Shown: positions 48,791 to 59,480 of the stretch, one piece after another
Numbering within the stretch: position 1 is the stretch's first letter
Layout of the letters: each line of letters starts with the position of its first letter
Origin: Promethearchaeota archaeon
GTDB taxonomy: Archaea; Asgardarchaeota; Lokiarchaeia; Sigyniarchaeales; SOKP01
Assembly: GCA_048940925.1 (NCBI GenBank)
Contig: JBHLOC010000012.1
Coordinates: 1 to 64,000 of the forward strand
Direction of reading: 5' to 3'
Length of the DNA: 64,000 nt
Made by a program: the position numbers and the translations under genes
The notes under the pieces: model-generated
What the model was told of the DNA's origin: nothing
Seen by the model: only the letters and a program-made list of their open reading frames with translations
The model's database searches: none

Positions 48791-49654
48791 CTAACTTCCG
48801 ATTACTATAAAAGTGATTAATTCAATAAGGATTCCTATTTTTAATAATAATCCAATTATATTGAACATTTTTCTTTCAGATATACTTTTCAAAATTAAAA
48901 CAGACGCCAATCCAATAATAATAAGATCAACAACCATAAAAAAAAGATATAAAAGCGGGAATGCAATATTAGTGAAAATTGGAAGTATAAAAAAGGTAAT
49001 TGCTAAAAATTGGAGAACTAGAGAAGATTTTAAACTATTATATATATCATCTCCTCTTTTGAAAATTACCTCTCTTTCAGCTTGATCTCTTTTTGGTAGA
49101 TCTTTTATTAATTCACGGGATAATTGTAGGAAAGAAGCTGTTAAAAAGAAGAAATACACGAATAACGGAATTAATCGGGTAATTAATAGTGCTCCATAAA
49201 GTATTCCTAGTGAAAATACAAGACATCTAATTATCGACTTAATAAGATCACTATTTATTTTAATTTTGAAAGCATAATAACCTAAAAGAGCCCAGAGAAT
49301 ACCAAATGAGACAGCAAAAACTAAAATAAAAATATTAAGATGATAGATAGTCGAAGAGATTATTATACTAATAATCGCTAGCATAAGCCCAATAAGATAT
49401 GTTACTCCAAATATTATTTTTGCTTGTTTTATACTGAATCTATTATCAGAAGAAGGATTTTCTATTATTTGAAGTATTTTTATTATAATAATTCCCGATA
49501 AAGCTAAGAATAAATAAGCAATAGGACCAAACATAACGCTTGCAGTAAAAATTTCAATACTAATGCCTTTTCGAGAGAGAAATATGCCAATAAAGACCAT
49601 TATACTGCCCACTATTGCTGGTTTAATTGACTTCAAATAATCTCTGAGATTCAA
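48791..49654 (-). CDS. UbiA/DGGGP synthase-like membrane protein lacking Asp-rich motifs
   Basis: YLKSIKP start, about 9 TMs, Y...IK, LYGA, SRELIKDL; AGGAGGT RBS before TTG. Confidence 0.65.
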   Translation of the reverse strand: MNLRDYLKSIKPAIVGSIMVFIGIFLSRKGISIEIFTASVMFGPIAYLFLALSGIIIIKILQIIENPSSDNRFSIKQAKIIFGVTYLIGLMLAIISIIISSTIYHLNIFILVFAVSFGILWALLGYYAFKIKINSDLIKSIIRCLVFSLGILYGALLITRLIPLFVYFFFLTASFLQLSRELIKDLPKRDQAEREVIFKRGDDIYNSLKSSLVLQFLAITFFILPIFTNIAFPLLYLFFMVVDLIIIGLASVLILKSISERKMFNIIGLLLKIGILIELITFIVIGS

Positions 49655-49672
49655 ACTATACCTCCTATCATT

Positions 49673-52009
49673 TTAATCATTATACATTCTTGTATAATTG
49701 TTAAAATTGAGCACTAATTTTTGATTTCCGAATTCGATGATTGCTGTTTTTGTACCAAAATCTTGATAACAGTAATCATTGCTAAAACGAGGATAAGGCC
49801 CCAAATCAATTTCTATATTATTAACATACATTGGACTATACCAAGAAACACTAACTAGACCTTGAGATGGTGAATTATATTGTACATTATAACCAAGAAC
49901 TTGAGGAATAATTTTTACTTGAGATTGTGAAATTTCTGATATAAATTGATTAAAGGATTTATATTCATCAACGCTACCTAACTCTATTATCCATACATTT
50001 TTATAACCATTTACTCGAAGTTCATAATTTGAAATCCATTCAGTTTTTTTATAGGAATATAAAGCAATATACCCATCTCCTCTGGCACCAAATGTCCATT
50101 TACCATGTTGTTCCCACTCATCAAAAGCCCAGCGAGGGAAATATGCATGTTGGTAAAATTTATTTCCTGAAAAGAGGTTAAAAAAATAGAGAAGAATTTC
50201 TCCCTCTAAAGGAAGTGTTTCACGGTCATACTGAATGATTCCAATATTTTTATATAATGTAGCACGAGGATTCCATCCACCTACATATTCTTGTTCTAAA
50301 TCCTTGGTGATACCTCCAGGAGAATTAGTATATACAAATGCATTATCATCTAAGGAAGCTTGCCAAATATGTTCCTGATAGCTATTCATTCCTTTTTGGT
50401 GATCCTGAGATCCAGAGAGCTGATAATAAGGAGTTCTATATGTATAAGTGTTTGAGGTTTCCAAACAAATGCCTTGGGTAATGAGTTTTAACTTCTCAGA
50501 ATATTTTTTTAATGGAATCCCATGTAAAAAGGCAGATATTTCAAAAAAATCAGATACTATTTTTGGACCGTACATATTCTCTGACTTTATATTATATTTT
50601 TCGACGAGGGTAAACACATCATCTATAGTTTGAGGGGGTAAAACTGCCGACATACCTAACCAGAACATTAAATCTTCTTCATTGTACTCAATATCATATA
50701 AGGGACCTTCATCCATACCAATATTATTTCTCTCTTTGTGTTCATTATATAAAGTTGCATTATTTGCAATATCTTCTAAAATAGGTGGAGGAGCATAGTG
50801 ACCACTTGTAGCTAAAGCTACAGCGGCAAGATTATGATTATCATTAGGGTTGTGTTCTCCAATTCCAAGCATAATCCATGCTGATTCAGAGGTGCTATCT
50901 CTAGAAGCAGGTGATAGAGCACTAGTTCCTAATTTTGTTCTATCATAGGCGCGACCATGAGTAGTAGCATATCTACCTTTAAAATAATTATTGGCAAAAT
51001 CAAAAGCAATGATATCCATTACCATAGCAGCTTTATATACAATCTCTGGATCTTCAGAAAAGTCGACTAAATTAACTAATGCGGCAATATCTTCTGTATA
51101 ATACGTGTTTGAATGCCATTCTGCAAAACCAAATTGTGCACGCCAGTCAAGCCATCTTTTAATCAAGGGTATGGCATGATATACATGTTCAATACCAGTC
51201 ATACCAGAATTTACAAAGGTATCATTAGGAAAAAGTTGTCCAATCAGCAATTCTGCTGTATGAAATAGAATTTGATGGTTTTCCGTATAAAAAATAATAT
51301 CGTCTCTTCTTGGTTCTGTATACCAATATTTAGTTTTACCAAAGGCGTCAATAATTCTGTTTCTTATTGTTGGACTTAAAATATTCTTATTTATATCAAA
51401 ATATATCAAACGTAAGAGAGAATTTAATCTAAAATCTAATGTATCCTTAAAATTTAAAATTTTATAAAGAGAATTATCAAAACTCTCCTCACTAACATTT
51501 AACTCTAGATACACACGAGCAGCTTGTGCATATACGTCATTACTATTTATACTATCATTTAAATATAGTTCTTGTCGTTGCTTGAATCCACTTGTAGCAT
51601 TAAATGTCTCAAATAAATTAAAAGTACGATTAAAATTAGTTCTCATTGAATATTTCCACTGTTCTTGACTAATCTTAGGATTTTGATAATTTTGTTTATG
51701 TATAAAGAATTGCGGTAGAATTAAGATAATAAATATAAAAAATAACTTGGGGAATTTTTTCTTTTTAGAATTTTGATGTGATTTTAGTTTATATATTTTG
51801 AAAAACAAATAGATTGCAAATAACAAAATTAGGATGTTATTGAATAAACTATTAGACGTTAGAGAATAAATTCCAAAAAGGAAAATTATAAGAAAGCCAC
51901 CAATGCTGCTTGAAATAATCAATCTCCAACATAAAATAACAACTAGTATGATAATAGTTGAACAAATCAAAATCATTACTGATTTTTTATTGGTGCTAAA
52001 TTTCTCCAT
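49673..52009 (-). CDS. Membrane-anchored uncharacterised enzyme, possibly heparinase II/III-like (alpha-toroid + beta-sandwich)
   Basis: Three N-terminal TMs; conserved-looking TENHQIL, GFAEWHSNTY, HGRAY, QEHIWQA, HAYFP; helical then beta-rich halves. Confidence 0.6.
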   Translation of the reverse strand: MEKFSTNKKSVMILICSTIIILVVILCWRLIISSSIGGFLIIFLFGIYSLTSNSLFNNILILLFAIYLFFKIYKLKSHQNSKKKKFPKLFFIFIILILPQFFIHKQNYQNPKISQEQWKYSMRTNFNRTFNLFETFNATSGFKQRQELYLNDSINSNDVYAQAARVYLELNVSEESFDNSLYKILNFKDTLDFRLNSLLRLIYFDINKNILSPTIRNRIIDAFGKTKYWYTEPRRDDIIFYTENHQILFHTAELLIGQLFPNDTFVNSGMTGIEHVYHAIPLIKRWLDWRAQFGFAEWHSNTYYTEDIAALVNLVDFSEDPEIVYKAAMVMDIIAFDFANNYFKGRYATTHGRAYDRTKLGTSALSPASRDSTSESAWIMLGIGEHNPNDNHNLAAVALATSGHYAPPPILEDIANNATLYNEHKERNNIGMDEGPLYDIEYNEEDLMFWLGMSAVLPPQTIDDVFTLVEKYNIKSENMYGPKIVSDFFEISAFLHGIPLKKYSEKLKLITQGICLETSNTYTYRTPYYQLSGSQDHQKGMNSYQEHIWQASLDDNAFVYTNSPGGITKDLEQEYVGGWNPRATLYKNIGIIQYDRETLPLEGEILLYFFNLFSGNKFYQHAYFPRWAFDEWEQHGKWTFGARGDGYIALYSYKKTEWISNYELRVNGYKNVWIIELGSVDEYKSFNQFISEISQSQVKIIPQVLGYNVQYNSPSQGLVSVSWYSPMYVNNIEIDLGPYPRFSNDYCYQDFGTKTAIIEFGNQKLVLNFNNYTRMYND

Positions 52010-52361
52010 TATCCCTAATGAATATTTACTACTATTTAAAAACAGGTCCTTTCAGGGATTTTGACAAGAAAGTTAATATATTAAGATATTAAGACTAAAA
52101 GAATAAAAAATTACAAATAAAAATAGAATAAAAAAAGAATAAATAAAATAATTTATCTGGTTAAAGCTCGAAAGACTTGATTCATACCAGTATTGACCAA
52201 TGCATATTTTATATTTTTTCTCATTTTTTTAACCTTTTTTTTTGGTTGTTTATTAATTATAATTTAGATTCAATTACATATATAGTTCTTGATTCATAAC
52301 TCTCTGAAAAGTTCGAACCATTAGAAAAGTCTTTCATAATAATAAAAATTAGATAAAAAAG

Positions 52362-53732
52362 CTATTGGTATTGAGGGTCTCTTGAAACACAACCTACATT
52401 ATTCCCTAATTTCATAAGTTCAGAACATTTTGAACAGGATATACAAACTTGATTCTTATCAATAAATCCTTCTTGAAAAATTTGTTTTGGAAAGTTAGGA
52501 TTTGCTAAAGCCATTCTGCCAAATCCACAAATATCAACATTATTTTCATGAATTAATCCTGCAGTGACATTACTTGCAAATTGACGTAAATAAGAATAGC
52601 CTGAGCCAATTATTTTCATATCTTCTGGTATGTGTTGTTTAATGAAAGATGTAAACCTAATGAGCCTGTTTACTCCATATAGGGGATGTTCATTTGGTAG
52701 ATTTCCTCCTTCTGTAGGTGTATCAAATGGTCTTGTAATGTGAGGTTTATAATGTGGATTACCAGCGGTAATGTTAATCAATCTTATACCTAGGTTATAA
52801 AGTCTTTTGATTAATTCCAATGGTTCAGTAAGATCGATTGATGCTGGAAAGACCTCATTTATAATATTTTTTACTCCAAATCCATTAGGATAAGGTATTC
52901 CATCATATAAGCTCATTCTTGTAGTTATTAAAAAATTTTTATCATTTCCAAACTCTTTTTTCAATTTGTAAATAATGTTAAGGAAAAACTTCGCTCTATT
53001 ATCTAAAGATTCACCTCCATATCTAGAATTAACACGCATTCTTGAACAGAATAGTTCGTGAATTAAATAGCCATGACAGGACTTAATATCTACTCCATCA
53101 AAACCTACTTCTTTTGCTAAAAGAGCCTTTTGAACCCAATTATCTTCTAAACTTTCCAATTCATTGTCTGTTATTATAATACCATCTTTTATTGAAAGAC
53201 CTCTTGAATCATCTAATTCAGAATTATGATAAGCACGAATTGGATATTTTTTACCATCTCTGACACTATATCTTCCCGAATGATTTAATTGTAATATTAA
53301 TACACACTTATGTTTGAATCCTAACTCCTCTAAAGTATTGTTGCAAATTTCCCGTGTATTTGACACTAAATCTACAAACTGTTTATAATTTTCCCTGGAG
53401 AGCATTAATTGATGAGGACTTGAGCGGCAATCTTTATTAATCGCAGTGGCTTCAAACCAAATTAAACTAGCACCACCTTTTGCATACCTTTCATACCGCC
53501 TATAAGTTAAATCTCCCGGCGAGCCATCTAGATTTGCATCAAATCCTTCCATCGGTTGTATTGATAACCTGTGTGGAATTGTCCTATTATTAACTTTTAT
53601 ATTTTGCTTTAAAATTTCTAAATCATTACTTATTGGAATTTCTAATCCTAATTCATGAATTTTAATCTCTAAATCTCTTAGAGTTTTATACTTAAAGGAC
53701 TCAAATTGCATATACTTAGGATTTGAATTCAT
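52362..53732 (-). CDS. NADH:flavin oxidoreductase (Old Yellow Enzyme family) with C-terminal Cys motif
   Basis: QPMEG, GGASLIWFEAT, QLNHSGR, GFDGVDIKSCHGYL, YGG.SL.NR, GFGR..LANP, CISCSKC..GC. Confidence 0.9.
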   Translation of the reverse strand: MNSNPKYMQFESFKYKTLRDLEIKIHELGLEIPISNDLEILKQNIKVNNRTIPHRLSIQPMEGFDANLDGSPGDLTYRRYERYAKGGASLIWFEATAINKDCRSSPHQLMLSRENYKQFVDLVSNTREICNNTLEELGFKHKCVLILQLNHSGRYSVRDGKKYPIRAYHNSELDDSRGLSIKDGIIITDNELESLEDNWVQKALLAKEVGFDGVDIKSCHGYLIHELFCSRMRVNSRYGGESLDNRAKFFLNIIYKLKKEFGNDKNFLITTRMSLYDGIPYPNGFGVKNIINEVFPASIDLTEPLELIKRLYNLGIRLINITAGNPHYKPHITRPFDTPTEGGNLPNEHPLYGVNRLIRFTSFIKQHIPEDMKIIGSGYSYLRQFASNVTAGLIHENNVDICGFGRMALANPNFPKQIFQEGFIDKNQVCISCSKCSELMKLGNNVGCVSRDPQYQ

Positions 53733-53790
53733 TAGTTTATATTTAGATATTCCTTAATAAAGAACTTTTCATTTTTTCTTATGATGATTT

Positions 53791-54423
53791 ATGAGGAAAA
53801 AGAAGATTTTACTATGTCAAAGAGGTAGATATTTTTTTAGTGGTAAGACATATTCCTATTTCCAAGACATTTTGAGTGATTATATCGTTGATAATTATGA
53901 AGATGTCGAGATCTTTGATAATAGAGAATTTTTTGAATATGATACAACTATCTTTTTTACGCAATCCGGTGAATTTTCTGTAGCACAAGAAAAAAATGTG
54001 TTAGATTTTATTGCTAGTGGAAAAGGATTTATAGGATTACATGGTGCTTCAGCTTCTTTTAAAGAGCATCCCAAATATTATGAAATGATTGGAGGACGAT
54101 TTATTGGGCATAAAAAGAAGTGTAATATTGAAATAAAAATTTTAGATAAAGAACACCCTATCACAGCAAATTTTGACGATTTCAATTTTTTTGACGAGCC
54201 GTATCGACATGATTTTTCTATGAAAGGTGATATGAAGGTTTTAGCAGAAGCCTATTATCATGATGAAGAAGATCCTGATCCTGAACCGATTATTTGGGTA
54301 AAAACCTATGGTGAAGGGAGAGTTGCATTTTGTGCTTTAGGTCACCAAGTCAAATCTTTAAAAAATGAAATCTTTCGTAAAATCATAAGAAACTCTGTAA
54401 AATGGGTATTAGAAGGACAATAA
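53791..54423 (+). CDS. ThuA-like domain protein
   Basis: GKGFIGLH, IGGRFIGH, HPIT, DEPY, W...YGEGRV...LGH. Confidence 0.9.
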   Translation: MRKKKILLCQRGRYFFSGKTYSYFQDILSDYIVDNYEDVEIFDNREFFEYDTTIFFTQSGEFSVAQEKNVLDFIASGKGFIGLHGASASFKEHPKYYEMIGGRFIGHKKKCNIEIKILDKEHPITANFDDFNFFDEPYRHDFSMKGDMKVLAEAYYHDEEDPDPEPIIWVKTYGEGRVAFCALGHQVKSLKNEIFRKIIRNSVKWVLEGQ

Positions 54424-54438
54424 GATTGGTGAAGTGAA

Positions 54439-55464
54439 ACGAAAACTAATAAAGTCGTAAAAGTAGGGATAATTGGTTGCGGTGGGATCGCAAGGAAGTA
54501 TAAATTTGCATCTAGAATAATAAAAAACACTAAAATCGTTGCTGCTGCAGATTTAAACATTAACAGAGCAATTAAAATAGCTGGAAAAAAAAATGCGTGT
54601 ATTGATATTGAAGAAATATATAGAAATGAGGATATAGATGCAGTTTATATATCTACACCTCATCATCTCCATAAACCTATGATAAAACAAGCTTTCGAAC
54701 ATGGAAAGCATGTTCTATGTGAAAAACCCGTAGGAGTTTCAGTAGATGATGCTAGAAAAATTAGAGATTTAGATCTTCAATATTCTGATTTAAAATTAGG
54801 ATTCAATTATAATTATAGATATGATCATAATTGTTATCGTTTAGTTAAAGCTATACAAGGAGGATATTTAGAAGAAGTATATTATGCTAATTGTAATATA
54901 TTTTTCAGCAGAGATGAATCTTATTTTGAAAAAGGACCTTGGAGAATAAAAAAAGAAACCGCTGGTGGAGGAACCCTATTAACTCATGGATCACATATGG
55001 TTGATATTATGATATGGGCTTTTGGTGAACCTAGATCAGTTATAGGTAAAATTGATAACATGAAGTTCAAAAATATAGAAGTAGAAGACTTTGCCTTAGG
55101 TATAATTGAATTTGAAAATGGAGTATATGCTCAAATCAATGACTCAACATTTGTTAAACCTCCATATGGTATGTTTAAAGAAAGAGTAGAGTTAGAAATT
55201 TTTGGAAAGAAAGGGAGATGCTACTATAAAGGGCCTTGGCCAAAATCCTCATTAACTTGGAAAGGTATTAAAAAATACAAAATTAAAAAAGATACAAAAG
55301 GATTTTCCCACTTTGGGAGATCAATAAAAGCATTTGGTGATTGGGTTCTAAACAATAAACCATACTTCAATACAATAGAAGAAAGCTCTAAAGCTCTAAT
55401 TTTGATATCCGCTTTATACAAATCTTCAGAAACAGGTAAAAAAGAGATAATAGAGAAATTATAG
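54439..55464 (+). CDS. Gfo/Idh/MocA oxidoreductase; full length requires a start at ACG 54439
   Basis: In-frame upstream of track start 54679: KVGIIGCGGIA...DAVYISTPHHLH; then GKHVLCEKP, GGGTLLTHGSHMVD, VED. Confidence 0.88.
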   Translation, partial: TKTNKVVKVGIIGCGGIARKYKFASRIIKNTKIVAAADLNINRAIKIAGKKNACIDIEEIYRNEDIDAVYISTPHHLHKPMIKQAFEHGKHVLCEKPVGVSVDDARKIRDLDLQYSDLKLGFNYNYRYDHNCYRLVKAIQGGYLEEVYYANCNIFFSRDESYFEKGPWRIKKETAGGGTLLTHGSHMVDIMIWAFGEPRSVIGKIDNMKFKNIEVEDFALGIIEFENGVYAQINDSTFVKPPYGMFKERVELEIFGKKGRCYYKGPWPKSSLTWKGIKKYKIKKDTKGFSHFGRSIKAFGDWVLNNKPYFNTIEESSKALILISALYKSSETGKKEIIEKL

Positions 55465-55496
55465 AGAAATTAACAGGAGAAACTAAATTCTCTGCA

Positions 55497-57530
55497 TCAT
55501 AAGGTGAACTGAGTAGTTAACAGATCTTTAGCTCGGGATGAACCACCCATGTAAAGGGTGTAATTTATATATTCAATTTCCCAAGATTTCGATTCTGGAT
55601 TGTACCATGCTAGATTTTTAATAGGGACTTCAATTTTTACAGTTTCAGTTTCATTTGGTTCCAAATGAACACGTGAAAATCCTTTTAATAATTTTAGAGG
55701 ACGGTCGATTTGAGATTCTTCAAATCCTATGTATAATTGAACCACCTCATCTCCTGCAACTTTTCCGGTATTCTTAATATCTACCGTAGCAATAACTTTT
55801 TCATCCTTAACTTCGACTTGTAAATTACCATAACTAAATGTGGTATAGCTTAACCCAAAACCAAAAGCAAATGCTGGTTCCAAGCCCTCTTTTTCAAAAA
55901 GAGTATACCCATGATAATATCCATACTCAATTTCATCTGCGTTTTTATCAAAAAAAGGTAAATGGTTAGGATCTTTTGGAATTGTAAAAGGAAGTTTTCC
56001 TCCTGGGTTGACATCTCCAAAAATTATCTTCGCCAAGGCGTTCCCCCCTTCCATACCCGAATACCAAGCCACTAAAATCGCAGGGACTTGATCTTTCCAT
56101 TCTTCCATGATTATAGCGCTTCCTCCAATTAAAATAACAACACAATTTTGATTTTCACTAGCCACTAATTTAATTAATTCTATTTCATTATCATGTAAGG
56201 ATAAATTCTCTCTATCTCCACCAATTTTGAGTTCACGAATAAATTCTCCTTCATCCTTATGATCTAAACCTACGATTAAAATTGCCGCATCCACTTCTTT
56301 AGCTATAGATCTCACACTTTCTTTATCTGATCCTTCAATATACAGTATTTCAACTGAATCTCCTAAATAATTTTGAATGCCTTTTAATGGAATAATAACA
56401 TATCTGGTTGTTACATTACTACTACCGCGATCTCCAGTGTTTTTAATCGTTGCTAATCGTCCAAAAATCGCAATTTTGTTAATTTTATTTTTATTTAGTG
56501 GTAAAATATTTTCCTCATTTTTTAGTAATACCATACTCTTTTCTGCTGCTTCTAATGCAATCCTACAATGTTCTTCACATCCAATTATAGCAGACTCATA
56601 AGTTTGGGGATCTTCTTTTGTAACATAGTGGAGAATTGTTCGCATAATCCGTCCAACAGCTTCATCAATCATAGCTTGTGAAATTTTACCTTGCTGTAGT
56701 GCCTTTTTTACTCTTCTATATTTATAATATTTAGCTCGTGGCATTTCTACATCTAATCCCCCAGTTATTCCTCCTATAGTGCTTTTAACACCTCGCATCC
56801 AATCAGAATGAACAAATCCCTGAAAGTTCCACTCACTTTTCAGTATATTTCGCAATAAATATTTATTATGTCCACAGTAATTACCACGAACTTTATTATA
56901 AGCAGTCATTATAGTTGCACACCCCTCCTCTACACAGCGTTTGAAGTGAGGAAGATATACTTCACGAAGTGTTCTTTCATCAATTTTTACATTTACTTTA
57001 AACCTAGCAGTTTCAATACTATTTGCGGCAAAATGTTTGGCAGTGGCCATAACATTATGCTTTTGTACACCTCGAGTTAGTGAAGCACCAAATTCTCCTA
57101 TAAGAAAAGGATCCTCTCCATATGTTTCTTGAGCCCTTCCCCACGAAGGATGACGCAAAAGGTTAATACACACTCCTCCAAAAAGATTACCTCCATGTGC
57201 TCGAACTTCTTTTCCAATTATGTCTCCTATTTTATGCTCCAAATTAACATCCCACGATGCCCCACGAGCTATTGATACCGGAAAACAAGTAGAACCTGGG
57301 ATAACTACTCCTCGAGGTCCATCAGTAAATTTGAATGGAGGAATTTTGAATTTTTTTGAACCTGCCCCATCGTACACTCGTCTTCCTACTCCTCTATCTT
57401 TTAATACTTTTAGGATTAGACCATTTCCTGTCATTTGATGTACCTTCTCTTTCAAACTCATATTGTTAAGGACATATTGAACAAAATTTTCAATTTCTTC
57501 CTCAGTTATACCTTTCTTTATTTCATACAT
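55497..57530 (-). CDS. GH3 beta-glucosidase with Fn3-like domain, cytoplasmic
   Basis: DGPRG, GRAQETYGEDP, KHFAAN, SDW nucleophile, VLLKN, FGFGLSYT, EVVQLY. Confidence 0.95.
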   Translation of the reverse strand: MYEIKKGITEEEIENFVQYVLNNMSLKEKVHQMTGNGLILKVLKDRGVGRRVYDGAGSKKFKIPPFKFTDGPRGVVIPGSTCFPVSIARGASWDVNLEHKIGDIIGKEVRAHGGNLFGGVCINLLRHPSWGRAQETYGEDPFLIGEFGASLTRGVQKHNVMATAKHFAANSIETARFKVNVKIDERTLREVYLPHFKRCVEEGCATIMTAYNKVRGNYCGHNKYLLRNILKSEWNFQGFVHSDWMRGVKSTIGGITGGLDVEMPRAKYYKYRRVKKALQQGKISQAMIDEAVGRIMRTILHYVTKEDPQTYESAIIGCEEHCRIALEAAEKSMVLLKNEENILPLNKNKINKIAIFGRLATIKNTGDRGSSNVTTRYVIIPLKGIQNYLGDSVEILYIEGSDKESVRSIAKEVDAAILIVGLDHKDEGEFIRELKIGGDRENLSLHDNEIELIKLVASENQNCVVILIGGSAIIMEEWKDQVPAILVAWYSGMEGGNALAKIIFGDVNPGGKLPFTIPKDPNHLPFFDKNADEIEYGYYHGYTLFEKEGLEPAFAFGFGLSYTTFSYGNLQVEVKDEKVIATVDIKNTGKVAGDEVVQLYIGFEESQIDRPLKLLKGFSRVHLEPNETETVKIEVPIKNLAWYNPESKSWEIEYINYTLYMGGSSRAKDLLTTQFTL

Positions 57531-57676
57531 CTATGTAATCTACATTTAAGACAATAAATTCAGTTAAAGTTAATAAAATTAAAAATAGATTTAAAAAAAA
57601 CTTTTTTTTCAAAATTATATATTCTTTCCACATTTTTATGGCTTTCCCAGAGAGCTTTTCAATGTAAATGATTTTT

Positions 57677-59371
57677 TTATAGAGATATTCCAAGATCTGA
57701 CAAACTAAGGAATAGAGATGGTATCATCCATGCAAAAAAGAATGTTAATCCCACTAGTGAAATAATTTTTGCTCGTTTGTTAAATTTATTTTCTTGCTCG
57801 GTATTCACAGATCCTCTTGCTATTAATAATGTAATTAAAGATAAAGGAGCAAATAGAAAACCGAACCAAGATAATTTATATGCTAATTTTGAATCTGACT
57901 TAATATCATGACGGATCTCATTCTTCTCAATAACATTCAACCACTCGGCATTATAAAATGCCTCCTCTACATTTAGTTGTCCTGCTTGCCACCACTTCTT
58001 TTCTGATCTCCTAGCAGGAACGATTTGAGCAGCAATCGTACCCATACACCATTCTAAGCTTCCTGTGAATTTTACTTTTTCCCAGAGTAGCAAAATTACT
58101 TCCAACATCAGGAAAGTTATACCCATTGTAATAAATACTCCACCCCAATCCAGTAATTTATAAGGTTTACCATAAATTAATGTAGAAACGATATAATGTG
58201 ACACAAAATATAACCACTGAATATTATAAATTGTGAATGCAACGAACCCAAATCGTCGAATAAATCGTGTTTTATCAGCAAACTGCTTACCACGACCACG
58301 AAATTCCACCACACGCACTACAACCATGATAAGGCAAATAGCTGTTCCATTTAAAGCCATAAATTGAAATAGCCATCCATAGAGTATCACAGGGCTATTA
58401 ATAGCTGGATTATTAGGAACCCAATCTCGATGAAAGGGTAGACCTTTATAAACATTCAAAGTTGCATCCAATCCAATCGCATCCATTAAAAGGATAAGTG
58501 TGACAATAAGACCGACGACACCTACAAAAAACATCAAAAATCCATATTGCATTGTCTGTTTGGGAAACTTCCGCGGCACTTCTTCTCTTTGTTGAGCTAA
58601 ACGGATGCCAATGATACTACCAATAAATGATACTGCTAAGTACGGAAAGATTGGTTCTTCCTTTCCCGCAAAAGCGTTAAAAAAGAAAAGTGTTATAAAT
58701 TCCCACCATTCTGATTTCCCTAAGTATGGGTATTGGACTGGAACCCCTGTTTTAGGATTTATAGCCCACGGATAGCCAGGTATTATCAAATCGACAAGCC
58801 ACCACATTATTGGAGTAAGTAAGAGAACAATTCCTGCTAGTAGGAGATATATGTATATTAATTTTGAAGGATTCTTCCAACCACCTTTTCTTGAAAGGAT
58901 ACCTTGCACAATACCATTTAGGATAATACACCATGCAATTGTGTGAATTGTTTCAAAATGATAACTGCGATAAAGTATTACTTGCCAATTCCACTCAGAT
59001 GGGTTATTCAAAGTTTTCATGAGATTTGGGACCGCTCCATGAATTCCAAGTATACTCTCAGAAATCATGGCAAAAATTAATAATATGACTCCCCCTATAA
59101 TCTGTCTTATCACTAAATCCTTAACACTCTTCCCTGCCTGAAGGTGTCGATACATACTTATCATATTTCCAATGGCTGAAACCATTAAGAAAAAGCCAGC
59201 TAGCCCTCCTAAGAAGGGCAATACTATAAATGCTACAATATTAGCTGTTGGGATATCATTAATTTTGGCGAGTAAACTATTGACATCTAAAACATGAAGG
59301 ATAGTATGCAAAAAGACCATTAGCACAATTGCTATACCACGTAAAAAATCAATACTGGCAAATCGTCTCAT
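57677..59371 (-). CDS. Polytopic membrane acyltransferase-like protein (HGSNAT/DUF1624-like)
   Basis: RFASIDFLRGIAIVLMVFLH, F..VS, ETIHTI, PIFPYL, SLEW; more than 10 TMs. Confidence 0.7.
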   Translation of the reverse strand: MRRFASIDFLRGIAIVLMVFLHTILHVLDVNSLLAKINDIPTANIVAFIVLPFLGGLAGFFLMVSAIGNMISMYRHLQAGKSVKDLVIRQIIGGVILLIFAMISESILGIHGAVPNLMKTLNNPSEWNWQVILYRSYHFETIHTIAWCIILNGIVQGILSRKGGWKNPSKLIYIYLLLAGIVLLLTPIMWWLVDLIIPGYPWAINPKTGVPVQYPYLGKSEWWEFITLFFFNAFAGKEEPIFPYLAVSFIGSIIGIRLAQQREEVPRKFPKQTMQYGFLMFFVGVVGLIVTLILLMDAIGLDATLNVYKGLPFHRDWVPNNPAINSPVILYGWLFQFMALNGTAICLIMVVVRVVEFRGRGKQFADKTRFIRRFGFVAFTIYNIQWLYFVSHYIVSTLIYGKPYKLLDWGGVFITMGITFLMLEVILLLWEKVKFTGSLEWCMGTIAAQIVPARRSEKKWWQAGQLNVEEAFYNAEWLNVIEKNEIRHDIKSDSKLAYKLSWFGFLFAPLSLITLLIARGSVNTEQENKFNKRAKIISLVGLTFFFAWMIPSLFLSLSDLGISL

Positions 59372-59480
59372 TCTAGATCATTCAATAATTTTTATTTTAA
59401 TATAGTATGATAGATACTTTCTAATATTTATTCTTTTAAATACAATAACAATTTTAATACAGCTAAATAAATAATATGTT

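Noticed and set aside
52176-52298. Direct repeat CTTGATTCATA (2 copies)
   Set aside because: Two 11-mers in AT-rich DNA; no array or element between them.
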